The position numbers were made by a program, and so were the translations under genes. DNA of 64,000 nucleotides from the IMG/VR virus record IMGVR_UViG_3300031687_000005, one strand, 5' to 3'. Below are positions 35,510-49,200 of the stretch, in pieces. Within the stretch, counting starts at the first letter, position 1, and every line of letters begins with the position of its first letter. The notes beneath the pieces were generated by a model, which did no database searches, had not been told where the DNA came from, and was given only the letters and a program-made list of their open reading frames with translations. This stretch comes from an uncultured virus (IMG/VR IMGVR_UViG_3300031687_000005). Taxonomy: Duplodnaviria; Heunggongvirae; Uroviricota; Caudoviricetes.

Positions 35510-37242
35510 TGGATTATTCTAAGGTAAATAGTGCACTAAATGGTTGGGTTGGTTCAGGAGCTAGAAGAGATAGAGCTCAAGCTGAACTAGGTCAAGCTAT
35601 GCAATTGCAACAGGCTCAAAGTCAAATGCAAGCAAATGAAGATGCTAAGACGCAAGAGATGGACCAATGGATGCAACACATCCATGATATGTCTAGTCAG
35701 GTTGCTATACGTAATGAGGATAAAGAAAGAATCCAAGCTATGTATGACCAAGAGAAAGACACCTTCTTGACTGAATTAGAGAAGTCTGGTAATGACCCTA
35801 TTAAATTTATGAATTCTGGTGGTAGACAAACTATGAAGAATTTCTATAATAATATAGCGTATTCAGATGATGCTCAAAGAATAAAAGGTAACACTTCGGA
35901 AATACAACGATTCTACGAGCAGTCAGAAGGCGATGATGGTAAGAAAGCTCACCTTATACCTAAGCAAGTACGTAGAGAGTTTGACGCTTTCATGAATGGT
36001 CATATAGATACATTTAAACATAGACAGCTATCTCCATGGGAAGAGCCAGGAGATGATGTAGATGGTAATACTAAGGCTGATAAGTTCTTAAACCAAGGTC
36101 AGAACATGCAGATATTCACAGGGAATTACATGCAAGAGTATGGTTTGTCTGAGACTGAAGCTATGAACATTCCTATAGATGAGTTAAGAAGATATACAGC
36201 GTCTTATGTGGGTGGTATTAATCCAGAACAAGCGTTACAACCTAGTGGAGAACTACAAGTTAGTAAAGCAGTTTCTGGTAGGATACAAAGACAACACAGA
36301 AAACTTAAATCTATTAGTACAAATCTGATAGGCAAGAACTCTCAAGAACACATAACAGCATTAGGTGATTATGATATGGGTGGTTTTGAATACGGAATGA
36401 ATCCTGAGAACACTGAGATAATGGGTAATAGAGGGTTTGTCGGTGACGAGCTTGACATGGCTAAAGCTTCTTTAGGTGTAGAGAAGGTGGTAGACCTTGA
36501 TGGGTATATACCAGACGTGAAAGCTAAAGGTATATGGTACGATGAAGATGGTGGTTCTGTAACTCCAGGAGATGACTTAGGTGATGTAAGACCTGGTGCT
36601 ATCTTTATGGGTTACAAGCTTAAGCAGTCTGATGGTTCTTACAAGTTAGTTAAGGCTGAAGACTTAGAGGGAGACCCTAAAGATGCTGAACACGCTCTTA
36701 TACAAGAGTACGAAAGTGATGACGTTCTATGGTTTAATAGTTATTTCTATAATGAGATAGACCCTAATGACGCTAAAACTATGTCTGTTTATGAGTCTTT
36801 AAAGGCTGGTGAAAGTGCAGGATTAGCTAGGTATACTAAGGAAGCAACATTTGAGCAACCAGCTCCTACGCCTATAGCTAACATAGGGATTGAGTCTAGT
36901 GTAGAAGAAATATCTGCACAGCTACCTAACTACGATACTAAGGTAAATAGAGTTATGCAAACTCTAGGTCTTGGAGAGAAAAGAAAGGACAACACTACTA
37001 AAAGTATTTTATTATCTTTAGCTGCTCTTGACGGAGATATGGATAAAGGAATCAGTGGCCTTTCTGAAAGGTTTAACAATAACGATTTCCCTGAACTAAA
37101 CGATGCTCTAATGAAAGGCGACAGTAAAGTTTTCTTTGATGCTTATTATAAAGTATTGATGAGACTTGGAGCTAGTTCGGAAGAAGCATCAAGCTACCTT
37201 AAAATGGTAGATGAGTTAAGAAATAAAATACAAAAGGCTTAA
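35509..37242 (+). CDS. Putative cargo/ejection protein
   Basis: Q-rich helical N-terminus; lies between the muramidase cargo gene and the RNAP. Confidence 0.6.
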   Translation: MDYSKVNSALNGWVGSGARRDRAQAELGQAMQLQQAQSQMQANEDAKTQEMDQWMQHIHDMSSQVAIRNEDKERIQAMYDQEKDTFLTELEKSGNDPIKFMNSGGRQTMKNFYNNIAYSDDAQRIKGNTSEIQRFYEQSEGDDGKKAHLIPKQVRREFDAFMNGHIDTFKHRQLSPWEEPGDDVDGNTKADKFLNQGQNMQIFTGNYMQEYGLSETEAMNIPIDELRRYTASYVGGINPEQALQPSGELQVSKAVSGRIQRQHRKLKSISTNLIGKNSQEHITALGDYDMGGFEYGMNPENTEIMGNRGFVGDELDMAKASLGVEKVVDLDGYIPDVKAKGIWYDEDGGSVTPGDDLGDVRPGAIFMGYKLKQSDGSYKLVKAEDLEGDPKDAEHALIQEYESDDVLWFNSYFYNEIDPNDAKTMSVYESLKAGESAGLARYTKEATFEQPAPTPIANIGIESSVEEISAQLPNYDTKVNRVMQTLGLGEKRKDNTTKSILLSLAALDGDMDKGISGLSERFNNNDFPELNDALMKGDSKVFFDAYYKVLMRLGASSEEASSYLKMVDELRNKIQKA

Positions 37243-37250
37243 AAGTAATT

Positions 37251-40200
37251 ATGGAAGAGAAGAAGTTAGCACCGACAATACAACCATCGAATGATTTCTG
37301 GAGTATAGACGTACCTGAAGAGGGAGTACAGCAGTACGACTCCTCTTTAGATAGTTCGTTTAATGAACCCTCTTCTTCGGAAGGTTTAGATGTTCCTGAT
37401 ACTAGCATACCTGTTTACAGGAGGAATCTAAACTTAGAAGCTCCAGCCATGGAAGATGCCACCACAGCGTGGAGGCAACCAGAACAACCAAAAGTTGAAA
37501 TAGATGAGGATATGAACTGGTTTGAAATGGCTGGTAAATCGTTTGTTGTTGGTTTAGGTGATATGGTAGATAGCTTTGGTGACATAGCTGACTTCATGGG
37601 GGGTAGTACTTCTTCTGAAATATCTCAACAAGTATATGGTACAGATACATCTAAACCTATATCTGATTCGTTACACGGCTTTGCTGACTATTTACAGTCT
37701 TATGGTGATGATGTTCCTGGGTTAGCTGATTTAGAGAATATAACTTGGGATGATTTATCTGATATAGATTTCTGGGGAACGGGCGTAGCTCGTATGCTTC
37801 CGTTTGCTTTATCATTAATGATTCCTGCTACGGGTGCTGCTAAATTAGCAGGCATGGCAACTAAAGGTCGTAAGTTTACTAAGGCTGCTGCAGCTATAGC
37901 TAAAGGCTCTAAGTCTATAGGTATAACTAAATATGCTGACCCATTAGTAGCTAGAGGTTTAATAACTGCTGGTATCTCAACTGTATCTGCGGGTGCTACA
38001 GCCAACCTTATAGAGGGGGCTGCATTAGCAGGACAAACACTTAATGAAGGTGTTAAGCAGGGACTTACTGAAGCGGAAGCAATGAATGCTGCTAGCTTAG
38101 TATATAGGGATAACCTTGCATCTATGGGTGCTGATATTGTTCAGTATGGTTTATTCATGGGGCAAATGGGTATTGGTAAGGGTGCTATATCTAGCGCACA
38201 GAAGTTAGGTGCTAAATTCGCAGGTACTAGTACGGCTAAGGCTGTTGCTGGTGTTGCTGGTAAAGCAGCTGCAAAGTCAGGAGTTAGTGCTTTAAAAGCT
38301 CCAGGAATGAGTGATGTAATTCGTAGTTCATTCAAGGCTATAGGTATGGGTGCGGTTCATGGTATTACTGATGGTGTTGTAGAACAATTCCAAGAGGTGT
38401 TTCAAGATTGGTCTGTACAAAGAAGGATAGCAGAAGCTAAAGGTGAGGGGGATGAATTTCCTGGTTACTTAGATTTCTTCTTAGCAGACGAACAAAGACC
38501 TACAAGGGTTCTTTCTTTTGCTACAAGTTTACTTATGTCTGGTGCTAGTAATACTATTAGAACAGCTACAGAAAACAGAACTACACTACAGACCGCTATA
38601 GATGAGAGAAATGAGTCTCATGAGATGCTTCAGATATTTGAGAAGGATTTAGATAAAGGAGTATACACTGTTAAGCGTAAGGTTAATGTAACTAACGAAG
38701 ACGGTACGGTTAGTCAGAAAGAGGTTGTAGAAGAGTTAAGTGCTGAAGAGGCTAGTAACTGGGGTAGAGATGCTGCAGCTCATACTATGATTCTTAACGC
38801 TGTTAAACAAGGTGACGAGCAGGTTATACTAGACTTCTTCCAATCTAAGTTAGATTCTGGTAACATATCAGAGGAACAGCATAGTTCTTACAAAGGTACT
38901 TTTGATGAGATTAAGACTGCTATGGAAGGTAAGCCTACTAACACTCTAGACAATAAAGGTAAGACTGAGTTAGTATATAATTCTTGGTTGCATAGCACAA
39001 GTAAGGTTCAGCTGAATAAGCAGAAAGAAGCTCTTCAAGCTAAGATTGATGAGATTCAAGCTCAGGTAGATGATGGTCCTTTAACTCAAAAGAGTGCTGA
39101 CCAAGAGATTGCTGGATTAAAAGAGTTGTCTAAATCTTCGCTACAAGCTCAAGAAGAGATAGTTACAGCTACAGAGTCAAGAGTGAATGAAATCTATAGC
39201 GAAGCTAAGGACAGGAAAGATGAAGAGACTTGGAATAAAGATACAGGTAAGAAGTTAGAAGGTATTGTAGAGAAGGAGCTTAAGGGCGAGGACTTGACTG
39301 CTGAAGAGCAAGCCTTAACAACTTCAGACGATAAGGCTAAGGGTTTTTATAGTGAGAAGAAACTAGAAGGGCAAAAAGCTAACGCTTTAAAGGCTGCTAA
39401 AAAGAAGGCAGGTAGAAAGTTTAAAGGCTATAAAGCTAATGCTGCTAGTTCAAAGGATGGTACTTACGTATACACTAAAAGGAATGAGAAGGATAATACT
39501 TTAAGTGTTATAACTGTATCTCCTGATGGTTCAGTTGAAATGAAAACTGACACAATTGATGAGAACTTATCTGAAATAGATAAGAAGGCTAAAGAGAAAA
39601 GCGAAGCTAAGACAGAGAAAGAGAGAGTACTTAGGGAAGAGAAGGAAAAAGCTAGAGACGAGAAAGACACTAAAGAAGAGAAGAAGAAGAATATAACTGA
39701 GAAGAATAGTCAATTCAAGGGAAAGGTTATATCTCCTTCAGCACTAGCCTTAGCTAATAAATTAGACATAGACTTGGAAGAGTCTGGTTTGATAGGTAAA
39801 GGTAAAGGTAAAAATGGTAGACTTACTAAGGCTGACATAGAAAACTATAAGCCTGAAGTAAAAGCAGAAGAGAAAGTAGAGGAAAAAGGTAAGGAAACTA
39901 TACCTAAGTACTTGACTGGTAGTAATATAAAGGCTACTGCAAAGTTAGCTTTAGATGCTGTAACTGGTGTTCTTGGGGCGTTCTTTAATAAAGAGAGAGC
40001 CGTAAGAATAGTAGACAAGGTAGAGGCAGCTTTACATAAACGTAAAATACGTAGAGCGTATATGATGGGTAAAGGTTCGCAAAGAACTCTTGCTAATTTA
40101 TATGCAAAGAAATCTGCAGACGGATTGATTTCCGTACAGTTCTTAGATGAGATATATAGTAGAGGCGATGAAGGTGCTGCTTACGCAATGGGATTAGGGG

Positions 40201-43200
40201 TGTTTATTAACCCAGATGCTGCGACAGATAGTGCTGAAGAAGCTATATTTCACGAGAACTTTCACATATTTAGAATGCTTTATGGGCATCTAAAAGAAGT
40301 TAAAGACATGATGAGGGCTATAGTAGGTCAGCCTGTGTACAAGACAACTAGACTAGAATATCAAGAAGAGCTTTTATACTTCTTTTTAGATAAGGAAGGT
40401 AATAAGAATACAATGACTCAAGAGGAAGCTTTAGAATACTTAAAGCTTAAGCAAGAGAATGCATCTCAACAAGAGATGTTTAGTGTTATAACTTCTGTAG
40501 AGAAATATGCTTTAGAGAATAAGAAGGATATTACAGAGGAATTACGTAAAGAGTTCTATGAATCTTCTTTAAATATACTAACGCAAGCAGGGTTTGTTGA
40601 GTTAAAAGATAGAGCACAAGTGCATATACAAGACGAAGCCTTAGCTAAGTTAGGTGGTTTGTATGGTTCTGTTAATCAAGACTTATTCATCTCTGGTCAA
40701 AATAAGACAGAGTACAATAGTAGATTAAAAGCTTGGAAAGAAAAGATAAAAGATTCTGTTACTGAAGAAGAAGCAGAGTCTGCGTTCGAAGCTGTATCTA
40801 AAGGCTTGTATAAAGCTAAAGGAAAGCAGAGTTTAGAGGAGAAGTTCAAGAATGTTAAGAAGTTAATAGCTGATAACGAAGCTAAGTACGGTGCTTACAC
40901 TGTTAAGACTCAACAAGCTTTAAAGAAGAAGCTACTTAAGAAGTCTAGAGTAATAGATGATGTTAAGTATTTACTAAACGACATGGAGGGTGCTGCCCAT
41001 AAAAGAGCTTTAGAGTTTGTGGAAAGCGAACTAGATGTACTTCTTGAGATAGATAAGAAAGAAAACTTTACTGTTAGTCAGTTATCTAAGTATATACAAG
41101 AGAAGCTTTTACTAGGTGAAAGTATAAACAAATCTTACATAGACTTATCAAGCGAGATATTATCTGATTACTGGGGTACGAAAGACTACAAAGAGGTACG
41201 TAAAATAATTACAAACAATGAAGGTACAATAAAAGCCCTTATTCGTAATCAACACCTTACAGGTCTTACAGCCGAAGCTTCTAAGGTTTTATCTAAACGA
41301 TTAGATGAGTCTGATAACGCTTACTTAAAGGCTTTGGAGGCTAAATTCTCTAAAGCTCAGAAGGAAGTATTATCCACTGATAATGATGGTAATAAGATAA
41401 TGATTGATGCAGATGATATATTCTCTGCTATGATAGATGATAACCCTCAGCAATTATCTGATAAGTTATATTCTATTCTTGAGTTTCATTTACAAGTTGT
41501 GAGTCATACTTACAAGAGGGATGTAATCATCGGGAAGGACAAACTACTATCTTATATAAAAAACTTCACTGAAGGTAGAACTAAAGAGGAGTTTATTACA
41601 GATGCTCACGGATTAATAGATGCTTTAAGAATTCAAGAAGAAGGCAAGAGCTGGACTTGGATGGAGAATAACGATGAGCATGTTGCAAGATTCCTTACAA
41701 CTCTAATAGAGCAATACGAATTAATGCCAAAGACTGCAGTTCCATATACAAAGAAAGGTGCTGCTATGACATTCGGTTCTGTATTAGGTGGGTTACATCT
41801 TCAGATGAATTCTATGACTACAGAGAAAGGTCTCTTCCTTACTGCTGATGGATATGCTCCTGCTTTATCAAGGCAAGATGTAGACAGAGTGCAGAGTGCT
41901 CTTAGGGACGCTGTAATGTTTGGTTCTGAGTTTTTAAATAAAAAACAAACAGGTAATGTTCCTTTAGGTTTGTTAACTGAAAATGTTAATGCAACACCTA
42001 CAAACGTAAGGCAAGCTGGAATGTTATCTCAGCTTAGAAAAAGAATACTATACACTAGAAACTTAGCACGACTTGTATACACTCCTAATCATGTTTACAA
42101 GAAAGGAGAGAGAGATAAAGATTTGCTTCATTTTATAAACGCTTTCTTCTTGCCGTTTGGTACTAACGAGAGTGGAGTAACTTTTAAGTTTAATGAATTA
42201 GCTTTAGACGAGTTCCGTATACACGACGAAGAAACAGACAAGAACCTAACGCTTAGAGAGTATTTCGAAGGTGATAGACTTAAGGCTATATACAACCAAT
42301 CAATTAGTTTTGATTTAAACGAGAGCGTAAAAAACAGTAATGTTACCCTTGAAGAATTAACTAGTAAGGCTAACTCTGATGTGTTCATGCCGTTCTTTAT
42401 AGCTAACATCACAAGCAAGATAGGTGGAGCTAAGATTCAAGACGGTGTACGTATAGATAAAGAGATTATGTCTCAAATTAGAGACGACTTTGATAAGCAG
42501 ATTAAGGAGGCTTATAATAGTATGGAGAAATTCCCTACAGATAAAGAAGGTCAAGTTGAGTATGTTCAAGAGCTCCCTGAATCTGGTTTAACTAACTCCC
42601 CTAAAGGACGAGAATTCCAAAGGAATGGTAGGGTTACTAGACAGATTAAACTTACAGAGTTAAAGACTGATAAACAAAAAGAAGACTTTGCTAAGAGAAA
42701 CGGGCTTATGTCCTTTTCTACTTCTGGAATACAACCTGGTGAAAGGGTGTGGGAAAGAGAAATAGTAAAAGAGTGGAAGACTTCTGAAAGGGGTTCTATC
42801 GCTATGTATACTGTTATGGACGAAGACGGAGGGAAGAATAATTCTAGCTCTCTTAACGACCTACAAGGTCATAAAAAATTATCCCAAGCAGTTATAGCTA
42901 CATTTAATTCAGAGCATAACGAAGGGTATATGTCTACCATCTTAACTCCAGAAGGGAAGACTCTTAATCTTAATACAAGAAAATACTTCTTAGAATACAA
43001 TGCAGACTCATTAAGAGACTTCATGAAGAAGGATAAAGGAATGCCTTTTGCTGAATTATTCTCTTACGAGGCTTATCAAAACCCTTATGCTATGAGGGCT
43101 CTTGAGAATGATTACAAGTTAGAGTTCCTTTCTTTGCTTGGTGATTCAGTATCTGAATTAGATAGACAAAACATATCTAGTGTAGGTATTACTGAAGGAG

Positions 43201-46200
43201 ATATTAATGAAATTAACAGAGCTTTAAAGTCGGGGTCTAAAGAATATAATCAGGTTGTCCGTGACTACTCTGATAAGTCTAGAAGATACTACGCTAAGGC
43301 TACTGTAATTCCTGCAGACAATCAATACAACCTAGAGGGTGGTATTGCATTCTTCCTAGAGAATGCCGTAAACAATCCTTATGACTTTACTAAAGAGCAA
43401 TTAACGGTTATAGACAAGCACTTAAAGTTAGTGGTTGATATAACAGCTACTAAAAGCCAAAAGGACTTAGCCTTAAAGGAAGTTAAGAAAGAGTATGTAA
43501 TGGCTGTGACTACAAAGTTGCAAGCCAAGATGGATGAGGTTGTAGATTACCACAACGCTAAGACTAGAGAGATTATAGCTAATCATAATAGCGACAATGA
43601 CTTTGACTTATTCAAGGTTACTAGTCAAGCTACCATAGATAGCTTATTATCAGAAGGTTACACAATAAAGAATTCTGATACTCAGAAGTCTAAAGTTAAA
43701 GGGGAGCTTAACCTATTAGGTAAATTAGCATTCCAACAAACTATAGATGGTAAGATTCAGTACCTAAACAATGTAGAGACTCACGTAGCTATGATGGATA
43801 AGTTAGGAAGAAGTCCTCTCGATGCCGTAGCTTCTATGAATTACTTTACAAACAAGTTCTGGTTACAAGACTTGAATGCTAACACAATGGAAGAGCAGAA
43901 TTTTAGTATGAAGAATAAGCGCTCTACGGGTCTTATTGCTCCACACGATTCTTCTTATTCTGGCAACAGAGTAGAGACTATTATTTTTGATGACCAGGAT
44001 TTGGATTTCGAAAACGAATCTCAGAAAGTACAGATATATAATTACGAAACAAAACAATTAGAGTACGTTAAGCTTACGCCTAAACTTGCTGATTCAGCCT
44101 CATACATAACGCAAGAGGAAGCAACAAGACTAGAAGGTAATCATGGTGGTTTATCTGACGTTAAGGGCTCATTCAAGCTTGTTGGATACGGTAGAAATGT
44201 AGACAACAAAAGGATAGCTTCTCATACAGGGCAGAAATCTAACCAATTCTACTTCAAAGGTCATACTATTGTATTAAACAATAAGGTTAGAGGACCTCTT
44301 AGGGGAGTGTATAAGTCATTAAAAGCTAGAGAGAAGTTTTATTCTACTGAAGGTTTAAAGAATCATAGAGTTCTTTCTTATGCAGATAGTGGTGTTAAGA
44401 AGTTTAACATCAAAGGAGTTAACACATTTTCTTTAGAGGAATTGAACAGTAAAGAATTTGACCTTAATGGTCGTTTAGATAAGTGGGGTTACGATGAGGT
44501 TAATAACCTTAGAGGATTCGATGGTAGATTCTTTGGTGTACAAAATGAATTAGATAAGGAGGCTACGTCTGCAACTGTAGCGAAGCAAGGTATATCTAAC
44601 ATGAATGTATTTGCTGACCACTGGGACACAAACGTACAAGGTCTTTCTCAGAAGGTTATGAATGCTTACGCTCTTGCTTTAGATTTACAATACGAAGAAG
44701 AGATTGCTAGCCTTACATACGAAGAATTAGCTAAACAAGATATGGAGTCATCGTCTATGCCTCCTGTCCAAGCTGTTATGTTCCAAGAAGGTAACGACTC
44801 TTTACCTACTATTAGAGCGAGAGTTCTAGAGTTGGCTAATTCTAAATTAAGAAAGAAAGGATTTAAATTAAGAACTGAGGGTACTCTATCTTTACAAGAG
44901 TCTGATATAATCCAAGGATTTGAAATATCAGGTGAGGGTAAATTGGTAGAAACTTCTTCAGCATTAAAACCTATTAGCGTAAGCGGTACAGAAGGTAACT
45001 TAAAAGTATCGCACGCTGAAGCTTCTATATCTCAGCACATGGCTAAAATGCTAGGCATCACCAAAGAAGATGTAGCTAAAGCTAAAGCTAGTGGTAAAGA
45101 AATCTTATTCCTTGCTACACGTATACCAGCATCATCTGCAGGTTCTACTGTAGTATTAAGGGTTGCTGCTATATCTGACAAGCAAGGTAATACTATTGCT
45201 GTTAATTCTAAGACCTCTTCTATTATGGGAGCTGACCTCGATGGGGATATGCTACACATTAATATGGTAGAGACAGGTAAAGATTTAACGGACTTACAGA
45301 AAGCTAAGAATGATGTTATACAATCTATTATAGATTTATACTCAGAACCTTCTGTGGTTAATATGTTAATTCAAGAGATTGAAATTGACTCTACTACAAA
45401 ATCTAGTAATCTTGCTTTGTTCGGAAATGAAGAAGGAAGTACTGAAGTAAATAATGATTTAGGTTTACTAGGGACAAATAATTTATATGAGACCACTAAG
45501 GGTAATGTACCAATGATTGGTATAATTGCATCTCAGAACCTTATGTACAATTATATATCTCAAGGTAATCCTGAGCTTATGTTCGATAGTACGGCTATAT
45601 CATTCCAAATGGAGACTGGTAAACCGTTAACCACTTTAGATAACGTAGTTGGTAAAGATGGTACTGGAACTTACTATGAGGTATGTAAGTACTTAAACTT
45701 AGTTTTAGATGATGGTAAGAATAACAACAGAGCTAACTTCCAATTTATAAAAGAAACTGCTGGACAGTTTATAATGATGATGAAGTATGGTGTTAAGCCT
45801 GCTGAAATATCTACATCTATAAGAGATATGAATTGGGCTGCCCTTAAGGGATTGAACTCTAAGGAGATATACGATATGGCTATAGATGCATCAAGCATTT
45901 TAGCTATGGAGTATAGTTCAGTAGAGGATGAAATGCCTGGTTTAAATGAAGTTATACACGATGTATTTAGCCGTGGTGGTAAGTTGAAGTTTAATATTCC
46001 TGAGATTGTTGCGGAGGCTAAATTTGAAAGAACTGGAGAAGAAAATCCAGATTCGATGGTAGGTAATAAAGCTATACTACTCTACTACGTTACTAGTCAG
46101 ATAGGTCAAGACCTTAAGGATTTAAGTCTATTCGTAGGTTTAGATAAGAAGTTTACAGCAAACCCTCTTGATAACTTAATACAACATCAAGCAGCGCTTG

Positions 46201-49200
46201 AAGCTTTAAAGGTTCAGCCAAGTATAGATGAAAGATTAAGAGCAAAGAATCCTTTATACAAGAGACAACTAGAAGCAAACCAAAAACTTATACAGAAAGC
46301 TATAGATGAGTCTACCGAATTAAGTAATGGCTATGCCGAAGGATTACTCGGGGACTACAACTTCGAAGAGGTTACAGGTACTGCAGGGGTTTTAGGTGTA
46401 GAGATGATTAAAAATAAAGATGGAGATGATGTTCCTTTAGGGATATTTAATAAAAACTCAAACGGGTTAGTTAATGATTCTGAGTTAATAGGTCAATTAA
46501 CTAAAGCTCTAACATTGTCAAGAGCTCTTATTCATGCTGGTTATGATGTATCTAATAAGATTCTACAACTAGGTGGTATGTTTGAGGATGAGATGGGGCT
46601 TACTTACGAGGAGTTCGCAGCACTACCAACAAATGCAGGAAAGTTAGTACACCTAACAACTGCTGCTGGGAATGTAGCTAAAGCGTTCCAAAACGACAAC
46701 TCAAACAACCAGAATAAATGGTTAGGAAATGAAGGTATATTAAAGTTAATATCTACTAAGGGTTATATAAAAGAAAAAGGGAAAACACAAATAGCAGGAT
46801 ATGTTAAGTTTGATATAGATGTTGCTAAACTTCAACGAGAGTTAGAGTTCACTGAGCATGTTGATGTGTATAGAAAGGATTTTGTAAAACTTCCAGAAGC
46901 TCTTCAGAAATTCTTAGTATTTAATGATTTGCTGTCAACTGGTTGGGGTTCTAAAAACCCTGGAAAGTCTATGATACCTTACATGTCTGCTAAGTATTCT
47001 TCTCAAATTAATACTTGGTTTAGCGATATAAACGATTCATCTGTAAGTAACTTCACTGATGATATGGCTATAATGAAAGAGAAGCTAAGTCATATAATGA
47101 ACTTCACTGGAGATAATGAACTAGACAACAGAAGAATTGCTTTAGTGCTTCAGATTGGATTGAACGGTCCTAACGCTACAGTGACTATAAATACAAAGAC
47201 GGGAGAACCAACTATAAAGAACAAGCATAATGGTGGACTGTTTTCTGTACGAACTAGTAAGATAGGTGCTAACCCACTTAATCAAGTGTCTGAGATTGTA
47301 TTCGATAAGCAAGCAACTGCTGAATATAGAGAGGTAAACCCTTCAGAAACTTTCCCATTCCAATATGGTAAAGGAATCCCTTACTTTAATCAGTTCCCTG
47401 AGTTATCAATGCTAAATACTATGGAAGCTTTAACTAAGGTTAAGCACGCTGAGAATGGTGTTTCTGTACATGAAGTTATTACACCGTCAGTAACGAGTGA
47501 CACCAACACAAAGACAAGTATTAACAGAGAAAGATGGACTAAGGACTCTCCAAAGGTAAATCCAGGAACTGCGTATGTGTTTGCTGAAAACATTAACTCA
47601 ATCGGAAGTTCAAGAGTTGGAGGAGGTTCTGCTGTAATTAGAAATAATCCTAACGCTATAGGTATAGTAACTAAAAAATACTACACCTACAAAGAAGATA
47701 GGACTAATGATAATAAAGAGCAGTGGGATGCTAACTTCCAAGATACTGATTCTGATTTTGAGTTATTCGCAAGAACTAACATGAAGCAGTTTAGTGAATT
47801 AGAGAAGTTTGATTCTAAGATATTCCCTGATGGATTTGCAAATTCTTTAGCTGCTATACCTAATAGCTTTGCTTTATGGTTACAGAAGGAATTGAAGAGT
47901 AGGTTTGACTTAGTTACAGAAGTAAACTCTAAGGGTACAGGTTTAATATCTAAATCTGTCCAACAAACAAACGACAACAAAGGACCTAAGAAGAAGTTCC
48001 TAAAGATAGCATCTCATAGTAGAAACCACTTCGGAGATACTGGTGTAGCGTATACTAAAAAAGAATATGCATCTAAGGTTTTACCTAAAGGTCAAACAAT
48101 GGACAAGCTGTCTGAGGAGATGTTAGAGGATTTCAATCTAAGATTTAAGGTTTATAAGGCTTCCGTAAAGAGAGCTGCTGAAATCAATAAAGAGATTAGT
48201 AAGGAATTGGACGATACCATATATAGATTAGACCATAAAAACAAAGAAGCTAGTAAGATAGCTTTAGATAAGAAGTTTCAAAATGTTAGAGATATATACG
48301 CTAACCTTAGAGATTCAATAGACAAAGGAACTGTAGTTATAGGTAAGGAGTCTTACAAATTAGACTCTATGGCTTTTGATACATTACTACGTTTAGCTCA
48401 ATACAACTTTGGTAATCATATAGCTGAGAAGCAAATAACTGATTGGGAGTATGCACACGGTAAGAAGTTTGTAGAGACGGTTATTAATGACCAACACAAA
48501 CATTCTAAAGATATTTCTACGCTGACGTTATGGATGTCGCCAGGTGATTTTGGTAAAACTAAGCCAGCAGTAGCTTATATAAACAAGAACATCAAAATGA
48601 CTCACATGAAGTATACAAGAAACATATCTCTTGTTGCTAAAGAAATGAACGATAAATTGGATTCCTTATTCAAGCATAAGTTTGGTAGCGATTTAGTTGC
48701 TAAAGGAGTTAAGGCTTGGATGGCTTATATGCCTATAGGTACAATGGGTTACAGTGAGAAGCTGTTTGAAAACTTCTACCAATCTCATACTGGTCTTGAG
48801 AAGATTACAGATAAGAAAGGTAAAGTATCTTATAGAGATAGGTCTAACTTAGAGTTACACCCAGAATTATTCAATAAAAGTGGTAAGCATGGTAATACTA
48901 TATCTTTGAAAAGAGAAGGTAAGAAATATGCTAGTTTACACGAATCAGAGAGAGAGTATATAGAGATGTATGTTAAGTATACAAACTTCTACAGAGAGTT
49001 GATAGTAGCTAAAGGCTTATATAAGACGACTAAAGGAGCTAACTATGTTGCTAACATAAACTCTAGTACTTGGGAGACTTACCACAGAAGAGGTTTGTTT
49101 GGTATGTACTACCAAATGTTTAAGGGTGATGAAATGTTCTCGGACGTAATGATTAAAGGTGTCAACCCTATAACGGGTGAGCCAGCAACTTTAGATTACT

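Noticed and set aside
46789..46803. AAATAGCAGGATATG partial match to the early motif inside the RNAP gene
   Set aside because: It lacks the AGAGAAG half, lies in coding sequence, and is plausible by chance
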